Positions 12,452 through 25,686 of a stretch of DNA of 64,000 nucleotides are shown piece by piece. Position 1 is the first letter of the stretch; every line of letters starts with the position of its first letter. This DNA comes from Octopus sinensis (Eukaryota). The DNA lies in NCBI RefSeq assembly GCF_006345805.1, contig NC_042998.1, positions 159,836,001 through 159,900,000 on the forward strand, in the 5' to 3' direction. A program made the translations under genes and the position numbers. Under the pieces are notes generated by a model. It ran no database searches. It worked only from the letters and a program-made list of their open reading frames with translations, and had not been told where the DNA came from.

Positions 12452-12660
12452 TATGAACTTTATTAGCTTACAACTGTTTCCACAAGAGGACATCAATGAC
12501 TCATTGTTGAGTACCTGAGTAAACATGATGTTTGAGATCCTAATGAAGCTATAAGGTGTTATTCGGGCACTCAACTATAAGTTCAACACATCTCATAGTG
12601 GAAATGGCTGTAAGCTAATGAAGTTCATAAAATAATAGTATATTCTTTTGTCATCTCTTG
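12452..12660 (+). mobile_element. Degenerate foldback with a hammerhead-like remnant
   Basis: 12452-12482 is an inverted copy of 12600-12630; cTAATGAa-gctat...atagt-gGAAA-tggctgta resembles a decayed CTGATGA..GAAA core; stem I not recoverable. Confidence 0.4.
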
Positions 12661-12675
12661 TTTCTTATACATAGA

Positions 12676-13536
12676 TATGAGATGGTTTCAAAAAGTTCCT
12701 GGACTAGATCTGTAATGTGCCAACAGATGGCAGCACATTATTGGATGCACAGTGAGAGCTAGTAGTGACCTATATGAGGCAGTGTGCCGAGTGACATCAC
12801 TGTGTTTATTCACAAAATTTGAAATTTGTGTATTTGTGATCACATGTATGCTGTAGTCTGCAATTTTGTCATGGACAAATTTGGCATTAAACTTGGAAAG
12901 TCTGCTATGGAAACATTGAGCATGCTTCAATAAGCTTACAGCAATGGGGCAATGGGTCATACGCAATGTTTCAAGTCACAGGTGCTTCAAAAGCAGAGGA
13001 GCATTCTTGGAAGACAATGAATGATCTTGAAGACCTGCCACAAATATCACCCCTAGAAATGTGGTATTGTGCATTGAGAATTCATCTCCCAGGGCCAGAC
13101 CATCGCTCAAGAGTTCTACTGTGATGTTTTGAAGCATTTGAGGGAGGACATATGGCAAAAGCAACCAGATCTGTGGAGTGTGAAGAATTGGATTCTTCAC
13201 CAAACCTTCCTCACTTGTGAGTTTCTTGCCAAAAACAACATGGTATCACTTCTACACCCACCCTATTCACCAGATTTAGCACCTACAGACTTTCATCAAG
13301 ATGAAAATGCAGCTCAAAGATCACCGTTGTTGAGATTCAGAGTGAATTACAGAAGGTTCTCAACTCACAGAAAACAACTTCCAGGTAAGATTCCAAAAGT
13401 GGGAGGAATGCTAGGACTGATGTATTGTTGCACAAGGTGACTATTTCAAAGGAGATGATGCTAAAACTTAGGTAAATAAGTTATTTATTTTTTATTAAAC
13501 ATAACTAGTCTGGAAACCATTTGATACCACCTCGTA
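12676..13536 (+). mobile_element. Internally deleted mariner transposon
   Basis: TA-flanked 30-bp TIRs (12678-12707 and 13505-13534, 22/30 match by my count); transposase remnant LHPPYSPDLAPTDF. Confidence 0.9.
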
Positions 13537-13599
13537 CATATACTGGCTACTTTTTTCATGGTATCAGCACTACTGAGGTCGTCATGCAGCCTTCAGTAC

Positions 13600-13768
13600 T
13601 ATGATTCTTTTGACTAAGTGGCATCACATTTGAAAGGTAAATGACTTCCTGTACAAGTTAATTCCACAGTATTAAAACTGTGATTGATGCAAAAAGTGGA
13701 CCAACTCTATATTAAATAATAAAACTTCCATTTAACAAGATGTTCCCATTATTTTGTCCAAACTGTGA
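13600..13768 (+). mobile_element. Tc1-like 3' end fragment
   Basis: IKTVIDAKSGPTLY* (typical Tc1 C-terminus) followed by TIR-like gttcccattattttgtccaaaactg. Confidence 0.65.
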
Positions 13769-13869
13769 ATGCAAATACATACATTTAAAATACAAGTTTA
13801 CACACACATGCACACACACATACACACACACACACACACATGCATGCACATAGATATTCAATTTTAAAA

Positions 13870-14341
13870 TTGATTACACTGTACCTGAACACGAGGACAG
13901 AGCTTCTTTCACACTGTTGCCAATCAATGCAGTCCTTTGTCATTTCTTGTGAAACAGCAACAACTTCAGAACTGTCTTCATTTCATCCCAAGTCTCATCT
14001 CAATTATCATCTTTATGATAATTACGATATGACCTCACTCACACTCACTCAACTCCTTTGTTTTAGGCATTTTGCTGTTTATTAACTGTATCTACAATGT
14101 ATTTTAGCATAAAAACTCAGAAATAATCAAGGAAACATAAGTTAATTTAGGACATTGGTCTTACTCATAATTGGTTGCATATATACAGTACAGTGTAAAG
14201 GTGATAATTGATGCTAAAGAATTAAAACTAATGTATATTTTGAAATATACCATAATCTACCAGGTGCACAAATTTCATTAGCATTGAAATAGCAGAACCC
14301 CAAAACATTGGGGTAGCCTAATACTTTTGGCCAAGGCTGTA
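13870..14341 (-). mobile_element. Tc1-like 5' end (TIR, leader and N-terminus)
   Basis: TA-cagccttggccaaaagtattagg terminus at 14341; MPKTKELSECE*GHIV starts at 14070. Confidence 0.65.
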
Positions 14342-14354
14342 TATATATATATAT

Positions 14355-15440
14355 ATCAGGTTTGAAAGAAAGTCCTGTCACATTTCAAGCTAAAAAAGAA
14401 ATGCTTTTTTAGTCTTAATTGATATATTTAATCAAGATAATATTTCCTGTTATTATTGATAACCTAATTCCCATTTATTTGGTGTCAAATTCTTCAAGTT
14501 TTGAAGCAAAAAAACACTTGAAATCATATTTTACCTCTTCACAATTATCAAACTACTTTTCTTTTAAATAATATTGCAATAATCTGAAAAGATGATAATC
14601 AGGTTGAGCAAGATCAGGAGAGTAAAGAAGAAGCAAAACTTTCATATTTAGACCCATAATATGTTCCTGAGTAACTTGAGCAACATATGGTCTTGCACTA
14701 TTGTCTAAAAGTATCATCCCTTTTCAAATGAATGATGATGGACACATTTTCTGCAGATTTTTGTGCAATGCTTCCAACTGACAACAATACTGCTCTGCAT
14801 TAATTATTTCATTTTGGTTTAATACTTCATGCCAGGTGTCTCCCTTCATATTCCACTAAACGCAGAGCATAACTTTTTGTGGGTGCAGTCATGGTTTGGG
14901 AATGGATACACTGTTTCCATTAGGTGCTAATCATTGTTATTTTCATTGGATATAGTTATAGAGAACCCACTTTCCTCACTTGTGATGATTCTGCTAAGAA
15001 GGCTTTGTTAGCAAATCTACTCTTTTATGACAAACAAAAGGCAACTCTTTGATTAAAGTGAGAAGCAATCAGATGATGAGAGACCCACTGCCCAAATTTA
15101 GACGTTTTCCTAGTTCATGAAGGTGTTTTATGATTGAAGTCTAACTTGAATTGAACTATTTTGCTAATTCTCATGCAGTTCATTTTGGATTTTCTGCAAC
15201 CAAGGTTTCCAGAAGCTTGTTGACATAACTTGGTTACTAAGGTCAAGGGGGATCTGTGAGAGAAAAATTTCTCAAGCAAAATTACCAAACCATCTCTGGT
15301 ATGTCTAGATACTTAAAGCTTCATTGCCATAAATATTTCTTACTACCTCCATTGCTGAACAGCCCCTTCTAAATCCAACAAGCTTGCTTTGCCTGATACA
15401 GGTTTGATCAAAACTTATTTTGAAAGAGTAGAATGGTTAC
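14355..15440 (-). mobile_element. Decayed mariner transposase
   Basis: Minus-strand remnants: YQRWF (HTH), WVSHHL, KVMLCV*WNMKG, LLDNSARPY, YSPDLAQPDYHLF. Confidence 0.88.
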
Positions 15441-15485
15441 AAATTTAATTACTATTGTATAAAGTAATCTGCAAAGAAACTAACA

Positions 15486-15679
15486 TTAACCCTTTAGCAT
15501 TCAGATTACTCTGTTAAATATAATGCTTATCTATTCACATTGCTTCGAATTAATCATGCATTATTTCACAAGTACAAGATTTCAATGATGTGAGTGTTTA
15601 TTTTTAGAATGACATTGTAAGGTAGGTGTGAAAGAATATTTTGGAACAGGAATAGCCAGTTTAAAGGCTAAAGGGTTAG
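15486..15679. mobile_element. piggyBac-type MITE
   Basis: TTAA-ccctttagc ... gctaaaggg-TTAG (9-bp TIR, near-TTAA target duplication). Confidence 0.55.
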
Positions 15680-15829
15680 AATGTAAAAATTAATGCTTAT
15701 TTTACTGTAAGTGTTGGAAAAATATCTTCAAAATGATCATATCAAAAATGTAAAAGGACTTTCTTTCCAACCTAGTATATATCTCGTGTAAATGTATGTG
15801 TATGTGCACATGTCTATATATGTATGTAA

Positions 15830-16190
15830 CTGGCGCCCATGCCGGTGGCACATAAACAGCACCATTCAATCACTGGGCTTCACGGAGGCAGTTACAAGTG
15901 ACCAAGATGTTTGATGATATACTGTGTTTGAGAAAACCTGTAAAGCCAAGTGAGATTGTATTTATGGCTGATGCCAGGGCTGCGTAACTGGCACCCATGC
16001 CAGTAGTACATAAACAGCACCCACTACACTCTTGGATTCGTTTGCATTAGGAAGGGCATCCAGCCATAGAAACAATGCCAAATTATATTGGAACCTAGTG
16101 CAGCTCCCCAGCTTACCAGTTTTCAGTCAAACTGTCCAACCCATGCCAGCATGAAAACAGACATTCAATATTCAATGATGATGATGACGA
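15830..16190 (+). mobile_element. RTE 3' UTR-like tail repeat
   Basis: Tandem actggcacccatgccggtggcac units and ccaacccatgccagcatgaaaacagacatt..(GAT)n. Confidence 0.75.
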
Positions 16191-16799
16191 TGATGTATGT
16201 ATGTATGTATGCATGCATGCATGCATGCATGTATGTATGTATGTATGTATGTATGTATGTATGTATGTATGTATGTATGTATGTATAAATATTATATGAT
16301 GATAATGGCAATTTCCTCATGTCTGATGATCATGAGAAGAGCAGCATGCCTTCTAGTGTCTACATAAGCAGGGTTTTTCTTCCTGCCTGTGATTAGTAGT
16401 TTTAAAGTGAGCATCAGCCCATGCAATCTGATCCCACTCTTTAGAATTGGAGGACTGGCCACAGTGGCTCAGTGAGCTAAGACAGCTACTGTGACAAGTA
16501 AGCTGTAGGTTTTACATTGAAGTGGCCTGTCTAGACATGCAGTTATATGCATGAAAATACATACATAAAACTAAACGTACAAATCTGTACATAGACATAT
16601 CTACATACGAAGTTACCTTGTTGATGTTGTTGAAATTCCAATGAAGGATCCTTGGATCTATGATAGAAACTGGCTCTTTCTCTATTGGCAAGAAATTTTG
16701 AAATAAAGTTGAATAATGACTGACTGACTGAATGGCATGCATGCATACATACATACATACATACATACATACATACATACATACATACATACATACAGT

Positions 16800-17540
16800 A
16801 GCTGCTAGAAAGAATCATTGAAATGACCCATTGATGATGCAATATGAGACACTTGTATGACTTTTGAGCTCGGCCAAATATTTGCTCATTCTGTTGCATA
16901 ATGCACAGCTGTGCTGGATAGCAGAAGGAACAGGTGCCATAGTATGAACTCTTTTGACATGCCTTTTCAATCCCCCAACTGACAGACACCTTTTCACATG
17001 TTGTACATGTTCTGTTGTGAACAATAGCCATATCACAGTTTACAAAGAGTTGATTCCTGTGAGTCTTCTGATGGCTGACCAGGCCTGCATGGCTCAAACA
17101 TTTACTCTCACAAATCACACACATGAAAAGCAATGCTTCCTCATTTTCCACAGGATCATTCTTCTTAAGCCTTCTCTTGATTTTCTTGTGCTTCATTCTC
17201 TCTCTTTCAAACTTCAAACAACCACTGTGCACTTTTTTCCTCCATCCATTTCAGTCTTGTGCCTCCCTCTCCCAATCAACAACTGAAACTCCTGTCTATG
17301 CCAGAGCAACTCTGAGGCAGTCCTTGAACCTCATTTTGGGTATATGTGTGGGTCTCTGAACATCTTCCAGCTCACCATACAAAAATTACTTAAGAAGTCT
17401 TTCATCATTCATTCTCACCAGATGTCCACTCCACCTCAAACAACTTTGGTCGCTCTTGAATGCTACTCATAACATGTCACCCAGTACAACCTGTTACGTA
17501 GTTGGGTCCTCAGCAACTAAACCAGCAACCCCATTAAGCT
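16800..17540 (-). mobile_element. RTE (BovB-like) 3' fragment with three C2H2-like fingers
   Basis: RMNDERLLK*FLYGELE..PKMRFKDCL, then CVICESKCLSHAGLVSHQKTH, CTTCEKV/CLSVGGLKRHVKRVH (frameshift) and CALCNRMSKYLAELKSH. Confidence 0.85.
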
Positions 17541-17654
17541 TGCTTGGTGAGGAGTATGATTGCAGGACACCCTGTAGGACAAAAAATATGACCTGTCAAA
17601 GGTAGGGATTAATGAGTAATCAATGGCCATTCAACAATATATATGTATGTGTGT

Positions 17655-18555
17655 GTATATGGAATATATATTTGCAAGGAATGAAGCAAGTATGCTCCAC
17701 TGGATGTGTAATGTCAGTGTGCATACACGAGAGAGTGTAAGCACCTTACAAGAAAAGTTGGAACTAAGAAGCATCAGATGTGGTGTGCAAGAGAGACAAC
17801 TGTGCCAGTATGGACATGTCATGTGAATGGATGAGGACAGCTGTGTGAAAAAGTGTCACACCCTAGCAGTTGAGGGAATTTGTGGAAGAGATAGACCCAG
17901 GAAGACCTGGGATGAGATGGTGAAGCAGAACCTTCAAACATTGGGCCTCACTGAGGCAATGACTAGTAACCAAGACCTTTGGAAATATGCTGTGCTTGAG
18001 AAGAACCGGCAAGCCAAGTGAGACCATATTCCGTGGCCTATGCCAGCAGTGTAACCAACCTACTTATGCGTTGCTTGCAAAGATCTGTTGAGGCAAGTGA
18101 AATCACAATCAAAATCAAATTCACTGACATGGCCAATGACAGCAATGCCTGACTGGCACCTGTGTCAGTGGAGCGTGATCATTGCCAAGGCTGCTGACTG
18201 GCTCCTGTACCAGTGGCACATAAAAAGCACCATTCAAGCAATATCCTTACCAGCGTCGCCTAACTAGCACTTGTGCTGGTGGCATGTGAAAAACAACATT
18301 CAAGCGAGGTCATTGCCAGTGCTGCTGGACTGACTACTGTGCAGGTGGCACATAAAAAACACCATTTGAGTGTGGCCATTGCCAGTACCGCCTGACTGGC
18401 CTTCAGAGTGGTTGGCATTAGGAAGGGCATGCAGCTGTAGAAACTCTGCCAGATCAGACTGGAGCCTAGTGCAGCCATCTGGCTCACCAGCCCTCAGTCA
18501 AACCGTCCAACCCATGCCAGCATGGAAAGCGGATGTTAAACGATGGTGATGATGA
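17655..18555 (+). mobile_element. RTE-clade LINE 3' fragment with 3' UTR
   Basis: ARNEASMLHWMCNVS..YGHVM*MDEDSCVKKC..GRDRPRKTWDEMV..LW; 3' UTR with about four tandem gtgccggtggcac-type units and a (GAT)n tail. Confidence 0.88.
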
Positions 18556-19609
18556 TATATATATTGTATATTTTTAAAATTTTTATATTTATATTTTTAT
18601 ATTCCTTTTTATATTCTCATTTATATTTTTTTTCATATTCTATTACATTTTATTGCATCCTGTTGTGTTCTATATTTTATATCTATACAAATATGTAACT
18701 GTTTTATATTTGTACATATTTATGATTCCTTTTATGTCCCCTTGATATTGTTTATATATATATTTGTATTTTATTTCATTTATATTTTTTTTAAAGATAT
18801 ATATATTTTGCATACATACATATAATAATTCCCAGCCACCATCACGACTGTTCATTTTTAATGTTACTTTCCTTTTGCTTTGCTTGTTAATGATGATTAT
18901 GAGAAATATTGATGACAATGATGATGATGATGATTGCAATGTTGCTAGCAATGATGACCATGATGGTGATGGCAGCGATGACAACAACGATAATGATAAT
19001 GATGATAGTGATATTTGATTGTCACTTGTAATTTATTACAATTATTTTTTAACAACACTCACAATTCGCCAGTGTTCACACATCAGTTTTTGTTTACTAG
19101 TAACTGAAATAATTGAGTCCAGCTGTCTACTGACACTTTTCAGGTGTTAACAGCTCAGAATACAGAGTAACAGAATGGAAAAGATTTGGTGAGAAAGTGA
19201 TATTTGGATTCTGTATTACTACTACTACAACACAAAGGTGAATGTTTAGATTGTAAGATCTAACTTGCCAAGAGAGCATTGCTTGAACATAGCCTGAAAT
19301 TTGTATGCGCATTTTGTTATTTAGTACCTACAACTTTCATTTTAATAATTCTTTTAACACCAAGACCTATTTCCAGCCAGACTATAACTATATCTGTTTT
19401 AAATATGTAACGAAAAGTGTGAATATCTTCTCTGGACCTTTTGGGGGTGCGAGAAGCAATCACTTTCCGTTGCTTTAATAATCCAGATTCTACCAGTCAG
19501 AAACAACAAGACGCAGATGTAAAATATATATATCTACTTTATTCTCTTATGACAGTAACAGATAATTGGTATATCTGGGTATCCCTTTGGTATTGATGTG
19601 TCAGAGCTG

Positions 19610-19890
19610 AACGTTATCGCTGTAGAATTTACAAAGTTCAAATGCTAACGACACTGGTCAAAGATGGCGTCCGGAACAGGGAGATGATGTTGTCTGCAAC
19701 AATTTGGTTAAAATCTTCAGCTGACTGCTATCAAATTCGGACAGCGAGAAAATATACGTCCGTTGCCTTCGGTTGCTTTGTCTCAAGTCAATGACTGCTG
19801 CTGGACGCTAGTGGACGCTAACTGCCACGGAGGCAAAATGGTCCTTCTTCCGGGGCTTCGCGCATGCGCCGCTGTATAGCGTCACTACAA
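19610..19890. promoter_or_regulatory. CpG-rich housekeeping-type promoter (NRF1/ETS/YY1 motifs), probably firing on the minus strand
   Basis: About 19 CpG in ~280 bp in a CpG-poor window; GCGCATGCGC 19860-19869, CTTCCGG 19847-19853, CAAAATGG 19834-19841, AAGATGGCG 19661-19669, CCGGAA 19671-19676. Confidence 0.7.
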
Positions 19891-20981
19891 ATACATGAAT
19901 ATACAAAATTTTTGAAAAGCTTGCTTGTATTTGTTCAACTCATACGAGATAAATTTTATTCTTATATTTTTCTGTCATTAAATTATATTATTTTATTAAA
20001 AGACATATTTCTTTTATAAAACAATTTTCAAGTTTACCACATTAACAGTTTTATCACATCCTGTATGATGCCATAACAATATACCATGTCACTTATAGGC
20101 AAACAAGTTAGTCTTTATGTGGTCAATTTACCTGTCAGAAACAGCAGTCAAATTTCCCTCAAATCCCTCTGCACTAGCTTAAAACAGCAAAGAACATGTT
20201 TGATAATGCAATCTTTGATACCTCTCATAAAATAAGATGGTCATAGCTGGAATACCTTTAATCATAGATATATTTGATGAAGCTTGATCTGTTGTTGAAC
20301 AACATCTGTAGAAACAATACTATACAATAGTGTTTCCCAACTGGGGTTCAGGAAAAGATTGCTTAAACTCTAGAGAGAAAAAATGATGCATAGGCTAATT
20401 AGATGCAAATACTTCTTTTAATCAGTTTTATGTTCAATTCTAATAATTGTAATTTTATTATATACAAATGGCATATTTCAATACTGGTAACTTGCAGATA
20501 GTAGGGAGATCCTACAACAAAAATTATTTCTTGGGATATTTTACAAAAAAAGATTATGCTTAAGATAAAATTTTTAAACTTATTTTTGTGTTTGTAATGT
20601 GACATCTGATAGATTTAGGTACTGTCAAACCTTTCAAAAATGTTTTATGATTGCAAATTCTTATGAAATCTAACTTTATGAAAGAGAAAGAAAAAGATTA
20701 ATAAAGACATTTTTATGAGGGTTCCTTGAGACATGGAATGTATTTCAAGGATTTTATTTTAGAGTAAAAAGATTGAGAAATGATGATCTACAGTATTTGC
20801 AATAGATTTTTTTCTTTTTCCTATGTAAAAATATATCTAATATAGATATTAAATTATATAATATTGATAACATTGGGAACACCAAATATTTTGAATAAGA
20901 GTTATCTTTACATTAAGTTTCATTTATTTCCTTTTATTCCATTTTATTTTTTTTGCTACAATCCAGTAGTCATACATATAC

Positions 20982-21046
<65 letters not shown>

Positions 21047-21299
21047 CGGGCACATACACATATAGATATATAGATACTTATTCACAAAAATAATTAAACA
21101 TTCATATGTTCACACATACACATACACAATCTTCATCATCATGTAACATCCACTGTTCCATGCTTGCATGGGTTAGATAAAATTTGTGAAGGCAGATTTT
21201 CTACAGCCATAAACTCTTCTAGGAAAATCTAGTTGACATCTGACAGACATGTAAAACTGCTTGACAAGTTTGGGAGGCTTTTGCACTAACCTTCTCCTG

Positions 21300-22990
21300 T
21301 ATACAACAACCACCCAATCCTGCTTGCATCCATGATACCATTCCAAAGGTCCACTACTACTAATGAGTCAAATGTTCCAAGAAATGTCTCCAGACAGCCA
21401 TCCAACTACATGTCTGAAGGTACTACCACCATATCTGCTAATGTTCACATCCAGGTTCACCAACCTACCATTTTGATCTAAGAGGATTATACGTATCTCT
21501 AGATTAAAGCCTTTCCAAAACAACCTTACTATGCCATTTAATCTAAGCTGACCAAAAGAGTTGCAAATCACATAGTGAAAAAGAGGGTAAAATGGTGCAT
21601 CTCACTGAAGGCTAACACATTTAGACAATGGCCCGAAATTATGAAGCAGGAACCCCTGCTGCAATGCTAATCCCAAGAGGGAAAACAAAAAAAAATAGGG
21701 GGAAAAAGCAAGTGGAAGGATATCATTTACTCAAGTCTAGAAGTAATTCTTTTTCAGAACTCTTGAATGGCCAAGTGATATTCTCTCAACGTGCAATATG
21801 CTTCTGATGTAGTTCTCACCAGATGTCTCTTTTTCAGTGTAATTAGAACAGTAAAATATCAAAACCTTAAGTATTTTGTCCCTGTTTAACAGAACAAATT
21901 TCATCAACTCCCCATTCAATTTTTGGAGAATAATGTAATTGAGGAGTTCTTTTGTGTATTTGTTGTTGGTTCTGCTCAAGTCGCTGCTGTCAGTGTAGCT
22001 GTTTTGACTCTTTTGTTGTTGTCACTGCTTTGGCCCTTGAAATTCGAGTTGCTGTTGTGGTTTTTGTTGTTTTGACAGCTTCTACAATTATCACTGTTGT
22101 AGCAGTTGCAGTAGTCAGGTTGTTGATAGCAGCAGTGAAGGACTGTGAGATAAAAAGCCCTTAGGTGGTCCATTCTTCCACATTTATAACATTTGCAGTT
22201 TTTTCCCTTGGGCACCATCTACATCTGCTCACATTCTTTGAAACAGAAGCATCTATGAAAGATATAAAAGATATACAGTTCCACAGGTGCAACTACTACC
22301 TGAAACTCAAACAATATTTACATTTAATTCTATTGGGAGATAGACTAAGTCCTATGACTTTTCCAGGTTCCTCTCCAATTGTCACTACTTTGGCTTCATC
22401 CTTATTGGGTGGAAAGCTGGGGATTGACTTTTGTCACATATCAGTCCAAATAAATTGGGATCATCACAGTTACACAGGTCATGTATGTGGCTGGTGGGGG
22501 CCACTATTCAGACTTCCTGTTCACAGTTACAGAAAGCCATCACTGTTCCCAGTGGTCTCCTTGTTACACACCCAACTCTAGAAAATACTTCTTTCTTGTG
22601 TTTCTGATACTGCAACAGTGATTGATGCGTAAGTATTTTTGGTGGGAGACCTACCATTACTTCAGTGGGTAGGATATTAGTCCATGTATTTTTAACAGCT
22701 TCATTTCAGCCCCAGAGCAAATGGCACGTCCACTGATTCATTGCATATGCAAATAAATTCTGTTTGTGGGATCACATCATTGTTACTGTTGTTTTTCTTG
22801 TTGGTATTTGTCTTGTTGCTGTTGCTGATACAAATAGTTGCACACACTCTTTATTTGCATGTTGTTGCAGTGATGTCAATGTTACAGTGGTAGTAGCTGC
22901 TTTGATTATGACATTAATGCTTTTTTGTGCTATGGAAGTAGTGGTAGCTACCACCATGACACAGTTGTACTTTTTAGCTTTTGTAGAGTC
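21300..22990 (-). mobile_element. Tx1/L1-type LINE: ORF1 zinc knuckle and APE endonuclease start, decayed
   Basis: CYKCGRMDHLRAF knuckle; VLAFSEMH and NGIVRLF..LDQNGRLVNLDV..STFRHV (APE-like). Confidence 0.75.
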
Positions 22991-23016
22991 AATACTCTCT
23001 CTCTTTCTCACTCTCG

Positions 23017-23066
<50 letters not shown>

Positions 23067-23419
23067 TTCTTTGAATCACCTCCTCCTTCTCTTAGATCCT
23101 TCCAACAAAAACATTAAAATGCCATCATTTGATTCCATTATTTTTTTAAATGAAATTATGGATTTTTCTTTAAAAACAATGATTTAATGAGGATAAAGCC
23201 TTGTAGTGGGGAGAGCATAAAAGGGAAAAAAACCACACCCCTATGTTGCAGGTCACTTTCTCATCAAAATCAAAAAAATGTATGCAGATCCTAATCACTG
23301 CAAAACAAAAGAAAAAAAGAAAGAAAAAACCTCAAAAAATATTAATACAACTTATGATGAAACCAAATTTCCTATTAATCAGGGCTGTGGTAATGACATA
23401 AATAATAATGATTCTTCTT

Positions 23420-23850
23420 TATTTTGGCACAAGGCCAGCAGTTTCAAGGGAAGGAGGAAATTGATTACATTGCCCCCAGTGTTCAACTGGTACTTATTTT
23501 ATCAACCCCAAAAGGATGAAAGGCAAAAACAACCTTAGCAGAATTTGAACTCAGAATGTAAAGATGAACAAAATGCTACTAAGCATGCATTTTGCCTGGC
23601 ATGCTAATGATTTTGTCAGCTCACTGCCTTTTAATAATAATAATAACTAACTGGATCCATGAAAGAATCACGGAAAACTTTAAAAATGTAAGCATCTGTA
23701 AACAGTGTACTGGTGCCATGAGAAATGTTTGTCTTTACGTTCTGAGTTCAAATTCTGCTGTGATTGACTTTGCCTTTCATCCTTTCGGGGTTGATAAATT
23801 AAGTATCAGTGGGGTCGATCTAATCAACTGGCCCCCTCCCCACAAAAATT
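23420..23850. mobile_element. Divergent pair of family B SINEs (23420-23625 minus, 23720-23850 plus)
   Basis: Same core sequence in both orientations. Confidence 0.8.
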
Positions 23851-24379
23851 CAGGCCTAGAAAAGTATATTGTGACAGTTACAGAATATAGAAAGTAATGT
23901 AACCCCAATGACTATATAATCCAACCAAAATATCTGTTACACAAACGTAAATGGAATTACTATTTAACCTTAAAATACATCGTACATCTTCAAAGAAACT
24001 TAATGTACAAATTGAAATGCAAAAGAACAAAACAATAAATGGATTTATGAATGAAAGTTTGCTAATTGTGTTTATTTCTACCACGCGACACATTATTGCA
24101 AGCATGTTTTAACTAACCTAAACTATACACACACAAATTCATTCATATATATATGTATATATGTCTCAAGTTGTAGCTCTTATTCAAAGGAGCCAACCTT
24201 GTCATATTCTGTGTGAGGCTGAATCTCCCTGAGAACTACATTAATGTTATGCATGTCTGTTGAGTACTCAGCCATTTCTGAGTTAATTTTATTCTCATGT
24301 AGTAATGTAAAATGAAATTGATATCCAATATTTGCAGTGTGTATGTATCTATGTATGAACTTTTCTTTGGATACACTTC

Positions 24380-24476
24380 TATATTTAAGAGATGAGGAAT
24401 TATGCACATTATTTACATTTGATGGATATTTGTCCTCATCCAAGTTCGATTCCAGGCTGTGACCTGAATAATAATA

Positions 24477-24510
<34 letters not shown>

Positions 24511-24660
24511 TACATCAAAAAATACCCTAGGAAGGAGAACCCAGGTTCAAAATTTCCCCAAGACACCTGATGAAGGCTGAAGGGTATATCAGCTGAAACG
24601 TTGTGTTATCAACAAACAAGATGAGGACAAATATCTGTCAAATGTAAATAATGTAAATAA
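24380..24660 (+). mobile_element. Hammerhead-containing foldback (family HH-B)
   Basis: ~24400-24433 is an inverted copy of ~24619-24655; hammerhead in between. Confidence 0.75.
24562..24607 (+). ncRNA. Minimal type I hammerhead ribozyme (GUU site, ACGT stem III)
   Basis: gacac-CTGATGA-a-ggctg-aagggtatat-cagct-GAAA-cgtt-gtgtt. Confidence 0.72.
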
Positions 24661-24969
24661 TGTTTTCTTTGGATTTATGTATCTACTGTCTCTCTCACTT
24701 TCTCTGTTTCTCTTTCACTTCCTTTCTCTTCTCTCCCGCTTTTGATTTAACAATGTGTGTATGTATCTTTGTATCTATTTCTTTTGCAATGTGATAATCA
24801 TTTAAAAACATAAAACGAACACCATTACCACTCACTGTCTCTTTCACTCTCACTTTTTTCTCTCTCTCACTCTCTTTCTTTCTCTCTTACGTCCTCTCTG
24901 AAACATTTTAAAATACAAAACAAATGCCATCACCACTCATTGTCTCTTTCACTCTCTCTCTCTTTCTCT

Positions 24970-25686
24970 CTTGGCCTGGCAATGTTATAGAGGAGCTTTA
25001 CTGGTTCGAGATAAGCTCTTTAGACATGGGTGTGCACCTTCACTGGTTTGTGCAAGATGTGAGAGAGACAGTGAAACTGTCCTGCATGCGATTATGCAAT
25101 GCTCCAAGGTGACTGAGCTCTAGGCTTATGTCAACACCTGCTGTCGCATTCAAGAGGAGTACAACTGTCGAGCGAATCTGTAATTAAGATCGTTCCACCA
25201 ACCTCCCTCGATAGGGAGGAGTGAGTCTGTTTTCTCTTGGTAGTTGCTGTGGTGAAAGAGGTAGCATGGAAGATGAGAGTGAAAGTAATTGCAACAAGCA
25301 TGTTCATCTCCAGTCTCGAGCTAATTGACTTTTTTGTTTTCCACATGAAACGGAAACTAAGGCTGGAGAAGAAATGCCTGTAGCAAAATGTGTTTCATAA
25401 AAGATGGAAGTCTATAGTAAGTATGTTGCAAGTGAAAGAAACTGTTTAAATGAGAATATAAAAAGGAGAAAGCAAAGTCTTCAGTGTGAGTATGTGGTTT
25501 TTGGGGTCGACCGCGTCCTCCGCTTCATTTTTTGTTAATCATTCATTCTCATTTAATTGTATATATTTTAATTGTTTGTTTATTCATACGTTTTGTCTCA
25601 TTCGATACCCTGACCCCAACGTTTGTTTTGTCTGTCCCCCGTATTGTCCCCTCTTTTTCTCAACCTTATGGTGAATAAAGAAATTC
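24970..25686 (+). mobile_element. Tx1-type LINE 3' end inserted in (TC)n
   Basis: RDKLFRHGCAPSLVCARCERDSETVLHAIMQC (C-terminal Cx2Cx4ETx2Hx4C); 3' UTR ending aataaagaaatt; (TC)n on both sides. Confidence 0.82.

Noticed and set aside
20328-20790. Possible hAT-type MITE
   Set aside because: The termini match each other only weakly and no 8-bp TSD was identified
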